Part shown: positions 36,929 through 42,139 of the stretch, piece after piece
How the letters are laid out: each line of letters opens with the position of its first letter
Position numbering within the stretch: the stretch's first letter is position 1
From: Malacoraja senta
Taxonomy: Eukaryota
Reading direction: 5' to 3'
Assembly: GCA_038087875.1 (NCBI GenBank)
Contig: JAXLNO010000035.1
Location: 1-42,139 of the forward strand
Length of the DNA stretch: 42,139 bases
Notes under the pieces: model-generated
What the model saw: the letters and a program-made list of their open reading frames with translations, nothing else
Databases searched by the model: none
What the model was told of the DNA's origin: nothing
Position numbers and translations under genes: made by a program

Positions 36929-37356
36929 AATTCCAGAACTCCACCAGCCTGCTCCTCGAGACGTCCCTTGGGCATGCCTTTGGCATGGCGGGCATGCGTT
37001 CGGACAAGGGTAGCTACCTGGTCATCCCCACCAGTGGCGTCTACTTCGTTTACTCCCAGGTGACCTGCTCCTTCCAGCGCAACAACCTCGCCCACGCTCG
37101 CCAGTTCCCTGCCACGGTGTCGAAGAAGACCAGGCATTACCCGGTACCGGACATACTGATGAAGGGTTACATCAGGCCCCCGGCCACGATGGACACCTTC
37201 CTGAAGATCTCCATCTACCAGGCCGGAGCTTTCAAGCTTTGCGCCGAGGACCGCATTTACGTCGAAGTTCCCAAAAATCTGATCAAGAATGTCTCGATCA
37301 ATGAAGGTGAAACTTATTTCGGAGCATTTCTGCTCGAGCATTCTGCCTTGGAGTAA
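36929..37356 (+). CDS. Exon 4 (TNF homology domain) of the divergent TNF-superfamily ligand
   Basis: Acceptor gtgttctccccctgacAG, phase 1. Encodes (E)FQNSTSLLLETSLGHAFGMAGMRSDKGSYLVIPTSGVYFVYSQVTC...HYPVPDILMKG...SIYQAGAFKLCAEDRIYVEV...ETYFGAFLLEHSALE*. LVIP..G.YFVYSQV and TYFGAFLL are TNF-family signatures. The spliced CDS is 729 nt = 242 aa plus stop. Confidence 0.9.
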
Positions 37357-37884
37357 GTTATCAAAGAGTTGTTGCAACCTAGGAGGAGGTCATTCAGCCC
37401 GTGCTGGCTCCTGGTGGAGCAATCTCATCCGTACCACCCCCTTCCTCTCATAGCACTGCCCTACTAACGATGCCCTCTCCAGTGTTGTCCAGTTCCCTTT
37501 TGAAGACCCTGATTATTTCAGCATTCATCTGCCTCGCCCTGTCGATTTTCTGGATAAAAGATCCATCCCATATCCTTTGTCCAGACCATTAACTACATGA
37601 CCCTGGTCCTTAAACAAACCTCTGGTGGGAACAGTTTGCTGCTATCTTTCCTGCCTCAACAAAATCGCTAATAAACCTCCCGTCAAACTCTGGTTGCAGG
37701 GAAAATAAAATCCAACTGCGCAGCTACAACCCTCTGGTTGCAGGGAACTTCCCAAATCCAACTGCACAGCTACAACCCTCATTCCCTGGAGAAGTGGTAG
37801 AAGATTTTCGCTGAACCTTTCCCATCTTTCCCGAAGTCTTGAGGAGCTGTGAACATGTAGACAACATGTACTACAACCTGCAGT

Positions 37885-38076
37885 TAGACACAAGGTGCTG
37901 GAGTAACTCAGCAGGTCAGGCAGCATCTCCAGAGAAAAAGACTGTCTGAGGAAGGGTCCTGACCCGGACCATCGCCCATCCTTTTTTCTCCAGAGACGCT
38001 GCCTGACCCGCTGAGTTACTCCAGCACCTTGTGTCTATCTTTGATGTGTACCAGCACCTGCAGTTCCTTCCTACAC
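37885..38076. mobile_element. Penelope-derived foldback in the putative 3' UTR of the second TNFSF gene
   Basis: tagacacaaggtgctggagtaactcagc ... gctgagttactccagcaccttgtgtcta inverted arms with a degenerate hammerhead-like motif in the loop. Confidence 0.75.
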
Positions 38077-38635
38077 ATCTCTACTACATTTTCTTGATCA
38101 ACCCTCACTGTTACCGGGAAAAAACATGTCTTCAGATGAGTTGGATAAATTCCCCTAGTACAAATCACCGTTGGCTCCACCTTATCAACTCAAATGTGTC
38201 CAAATGCCCAATTATTGTTTCAAGAAGCTTTCCTGACACTTCTTCCAAGAAGCTGATTAATCTGTAGCTGCTGGCAGGTCCTTCCTGCTCTTTCAGAAGA
38301 AGGCTGTTCCATCCGTTATTTTCCAAATGCCCCGACCCTCTGTGTTTAGGGAGAGTATGACTGAATAAACCCCCCACACTCTCCATACACGCGGCCACTT
38401 CAACGTGTCTTTGTAATATATTCCGTCTGGTTGAACAGACCGTTTCAACCAATGATCTACAACCACATTATGCTACACTAGCACAATATATATTTTTGAG
38501 TTACACTCCAATGAGTGATTTATTGTTCCAGTTTGTCAAATGTAACGTTGTCTTTGTGTCTTTTACTGGTTGGTTCTCAAATAACAAATGTTATCTCTCT
38601 CCGGGCACAGGCCCGTTCATTCAAAATTGTTCTAC

Positions 38636-38647
38636 AATAAAAATAAA
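38636..38647 (+). terminator. Candidate polyadenylation signal of the second TNFSF gene
   Basis: Tandem AATAAA AATAAA followed by TG/T-rich sequence. More proximal AATAAA hexamers occur at 37670 and 37704. Confidence 0.4.
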
Positions 38648-39402
38648 TTATAGTCAAGAAATATAGAATGTGTCGATATTTTATTAAATCCCGATCAGTA
38701 GTGTTGGTACTGGGTCCAAGTGTAAGGGAACGAGAGGTCAGGGTCCAAGTGAATCGAATATCTAGGGCTAGACTAGAACCATATAACTATACACAACGTT
38801 AAACTGATGTTTAACCTACTGAGGGAGATGCGCAGTTATTTAATGTTTAGAGATACACTGTGGAAACAGGTCCTGCGGCTTACCGAGTCCATGCCGACCA
38901 ATTCACTAGTTCTATCCAACACACTAGGGGCAATTTACTGAAGCCAATTGTTCTAAAAACCTGCATGTCTGGAGTGTGGGAGGAAACCGGAGCACCCGGA
39001 GAAAACCCACGCAGTCACGGGGAGAATGTACAAACTCCGTACAGACAGCACCCGTGGTCAGGATAAAACCCGGGTCTCTGACACTGTACGGCAGCAACTC
39101 TACTGCTGTGCCATCTTGCCACCACATTTGCACTACCGATTGTACGAGATTGATGATTGAATTTGTATATAGTATTATCCGAGTGTACAAGAATAGATCG
39201 GGTAAATGCACCTTACTCAGAGTAGGGGAATCGAGAACCAGGTCGAGAATAGGTTTAAGGCAAGGGGAGAAAGATTTAATAGGAACCTGAGGGGCTACTT
39301 TTTTACACAAAGGGTGGTGGGTGTATGGAACGAGCTACTGGAGGAGGTAGTTGAGGCAGGGACTATCACAACATTTAAGAAACATTTCAGCGGGTACATG
39401 AA

Positions 39403-39775
39403 AATAAACACAAAGTGCTGGAATAACTCATCAGGTCAGGCAGCATCTCCGGCAAAAAAGGATGGGTGACGTTTCGGGTCGGGACCCTTCTTCAGGCTAA
39501 AAGTAGAGGGGAGAGAACTGGAGGCAAGAAAAAGAAAACAGGTTCAGAAAACAGCTGAAGAATAACAGGTACATGGATAGGTAGACGCAAAATGCTGGAG
39601 TAATTCAGCGGGTGAGGCAGCATCTATGGAGAAAAGGAATTGGCGCCGTTTCAGCTCTGAAGAAGGGTCTCGACCCAAAACGTCGCCAATTCCTTCTCTC
39701 TATAGATGCTGCCTCACCCGCTAAGTTACTCCAGCATTTTGTGTCTACCTTCGATTTATCTGCAGTTCTTTCTTA
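39403..39775. mobile_element. Two adjacent Penelope-derived insertions interrupting a CR1 3' fragment
   Basis: The second insert is flanked by the 18-bp duplication aacaggtacatggatagg (39564-39581, 39776-39793). The first insert follows ggtacatg at 39393-39400 and carries an intact minus-strand motif at 39468-39495. Confidence 0.7.
39468..39495 (-). ncRNA. Minimal hammerhead-ribozyme-like motif (best-preserved copy)
   Basis: Reverse complement reads CUGAAGA-A-GGGU(cccg)ACCC-GAAAC-GUC: CUGANGA box, stem II, GAAA box, palindromic ACGU mini-stem III and a GUC triplet. Activity is not shown. Confidence 0.55.
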
Positions 39776-40287
39776 AACAGGTACATGGATAGGACAGGTT
39801 TAGAAGGATATGGGCCAAATTCAGACAGGTGGGACTAGTGTAAATGAGGCATGTTGGTCGGCGTGGGCTAGTTGGGCTGATGGGCCTGTTTCGATGCTGC
39901 GTGACTCTATGACTCTAAGTGCAAGATATCCGGACCACCTCACTGACATCCTGCTCCCACTGCACCATGGCAGCCATATACACTACTGCACAATACAGCA
40001 CAGTCTCCCACCCAAACCTCCACCCCCAACATCAAGGGCAAGGGGCGCTGGAGACCAGAAACTGGTTCTCCTCCATGTCACACACCACCCTGACTTGGTA
40101 AAACATCGCCTTCACTTCACCATCGCTGGATCTAAAGCTTAAAATGACCATCTTGGGACTTAAACACGCATATTTTTATTCAATTTGTAGTACTTGAATT
40201 GCAATATATGAGGTTAAAAAAAAAAATCAATTTTGAACATAAAAAAAATAAGATGGCACAGCGTGGAAACAGGCCCTTCGGCCCACC

Positions 40288-40640
40288 GAGACACATCCCA
40301 CCCTGCCAACCACCTTTTCACTCTGCTACCCTCTGGGAGGCGATTCGGGTCTCTGAAGGTTCGCACCGGTAGACTAAAAAATAGTTTCTCCCCATGTGCG
40401 ATAAAAGAACTTAATTCCAACAGAGAACACTGGGGAAGCAAAATGTAATTCCAAGAAATGCAACATTCTTTTAAAATTCTTTTTAAATACTTATTTATTA
40501 TTTTTACTAATAAGTGTACATATGTGTCAATGGTTGTCGTGTTTGTATTTTTTAACCGGAGGAGATGAAATGGAATTTCGTTGCACAGTATTGTGGAATG
40601 ACAATAAACGTATTCATTCATTCATCATTCATTCATTCAT
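40288..40640 (+). mobile_element. Rex1/Babar-like 3' fragment
   Basis: Encodes DTSHPANHLFTLLPSGRRFGSLKVRTGRLKNSF, followed by caataaa and an (attc)n tail. Confidence 0.75.
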
Positions 40641-41764
40641 AAAGCCGCCGCCTCACAGCGCTGCAGACCCGATTTCAATCCTGACCTCGGGTGCTGTCTG
40701 TGTGGAGTTTGCACGTTCTTCCTGAGACCTCATGGGTTTCCTCCCACATCCCAAAGCCGTTCACCATCCCAAAGGTGGTGACATGCCCTCTATAAAGTGG
40801 CCCTACTGAATAGGGAGTGAATGCATAAGTGTGATAACATAGGACTAGTGTGAACGGGTGATCAATGGTCGGTGTGGAGTCGGTGGGCCGAGGAGCATGT
40901 TTCTATGCTATATCACCAACTAAAATAAACTAAACTGACCTAAACTAAACTAAACTAAACTAAACTTAACTAAACTCATTTGCAAAGCATTGCGAGGCAC
41001 CGTCACCATAAAACAAGCTGCTGATGACTCCACAGGTTGGGGTATTCATCAGGTAAACACACCAGGTAGCCACTATGATCAAATACAGCAATGAAACACA
41101 GGTGGAACGGTGGGGACAATATATTTTAACCGCAAGTGGAGTTTGATGCTTTCACTGGACTTTTATTCTTGTTCCTTGTGGTTAAAGTGACTGTGATCAG
41201 CTTCCTGTCCTACATTTGTCTGGTGACTTTGTGAATGGAGGATATGGAGCGTTATGATGGTTCCTGTAGCTTGCAGCAGCGTACGGTGGTTTAGTTTAGA
41301 GAGACAGCGTGGAAACAGGCCCTTCGGCCCACCGAGTCCGCGCCGACCAGCAACCACCCCGTACACTAGCACTATCTCACACACTAAGGACAATTTACAA
41401 TTTTACCGGAGCCAATTAACCTACAAAGCTGTACGTCTTTGGAGTGTGGGAGGAAACCGGAGCTCCCAGAGAAAACCCACGCAGGTCAATTGGAGAACGT
41501 ACGAACTCCGTACAGACAGCGCCCATAGTCAGGATCGAACCCGGGTCTCTGGCGCTATAAGGCAGCAAATCTACCACTGTGCCACCGTGTGGCCTTAGGG
41601 CTTGGAGAACAGCGCTGCAACACTTGCCTCCCCTCCTGCCAGGCTGCTCCAATGCAGCACTGGCACCAGCCCCAGTGCATTTACAATAACGATACACATC
41701 TACTGATGTGGGAAATTCCCAACAATAGAATCATGAGTGGTACAGATGGAGTGAACTGAGGGTC

Positions 41765-42068
41765 TTTCACCCAGAGTAGGGGGTTTCAAGAACCAGAGGA
41801 CACAGGTTTAAGGTAAGAGGGGAAAGATTTAATAGGAACCCGAGGGGCATCTTTTCCACACATAGGGAGGGTGGTGGGTATGGAATATGCTGCCATGAGG
41901 CAGGTACTACAACAACATTTAAAAGACAGTTGAGCAGGTACATGGATAGGAAACGTTTGGAGGGACATGAGCCGAACACAGGCAGGAGGGACTAACATAG
42001 ATATGGTACCAGGGTCGGCATGGGCAAGATGGGCTGAAAAGCCAGTTTCAGCACTATTTCTATGATTC
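41765..42068 (+). mobile_element. CR1 3' fragment
   Basis: Encodes TRGHRFKVRGERFNRNPRG, followed by the CR1 tail. Confidence 0.7.
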
Positions 42069-42139
42069 GAGAGGGCCCTATAAGGGAGAGGGCAAACCTT
42101 GATCCACTCTTGGGAAATTGGGATGGGCAAGTGACTGAA

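Larger units (their letters stand above)
38845..41590. mobile_element. Region with V-SINE copies at about 38845-39115 (-), 40645-40975 (+) and 41289-41590 (-)
   Basis: Family core and (ctaaa)n tails. Confidence 0.75.

Noticed and set aside
31343..37356. Calling the second gene TNFSF8, TNF, TRAIL or LIGHT
   Set aside because: Motifs are mixed, there is no CD30L-like sequence and the gene is on the wrong side of TNFSF15 for TNFSF8. Phylogeny is needed, so no symbol is given.
36889..37377. 162-aa minus-strand ORF
   Set aside because: Antisense shadow of the GC-rich exon 4.
7305..41590. tRNA genes at SINE heads, and recurrent small ORFs such as MLPYSARDPGSILT and METGP
   Set aside because: The A/B-box heads run straight into SINE core sequence, and the ORFs are repeat translations.

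Overview
Repeat-rich vertebrate genomic DNA, most likely from a cartilaginous fish such as a skate or ray (inferred from abundant V-SINE/HE1-like SINEs and CR1, Rex1 and Penelope remnants). It holds two same-strand TNF-superfamily ligand genes. The first is the terminal coding exon of a clear TNFSF15 (TL1A) homologue (3541-3941). The second is a complete 4-exon, 242-aa type II membrane TNF-family ligand reconstructed by hand (31343-31519, 34323-34371, 36253-36327, 36929-37356; intron phases 0/1/1). It is divergent and I cannot assign it to a mammalian orthologue. Around the genes are: a full-length L1-clade LINE inactivated by nonsense codons and nested in a Penelope-derived foldback element; many Penelope-derived palindromic insertions with target-site duplications (TSDs) and minimal hammerhead-ribozyme motifs, including a 182-bp tandem pair in intron 1 of the second gene; a head-to-tail array of non-autonomous Helitron-like units; CR1 and Rex1/Babar fragments; and about 20 SINE copies. 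All calls were made by eye without database searches, and repeat boundaries are approximate unless TSDs are given.
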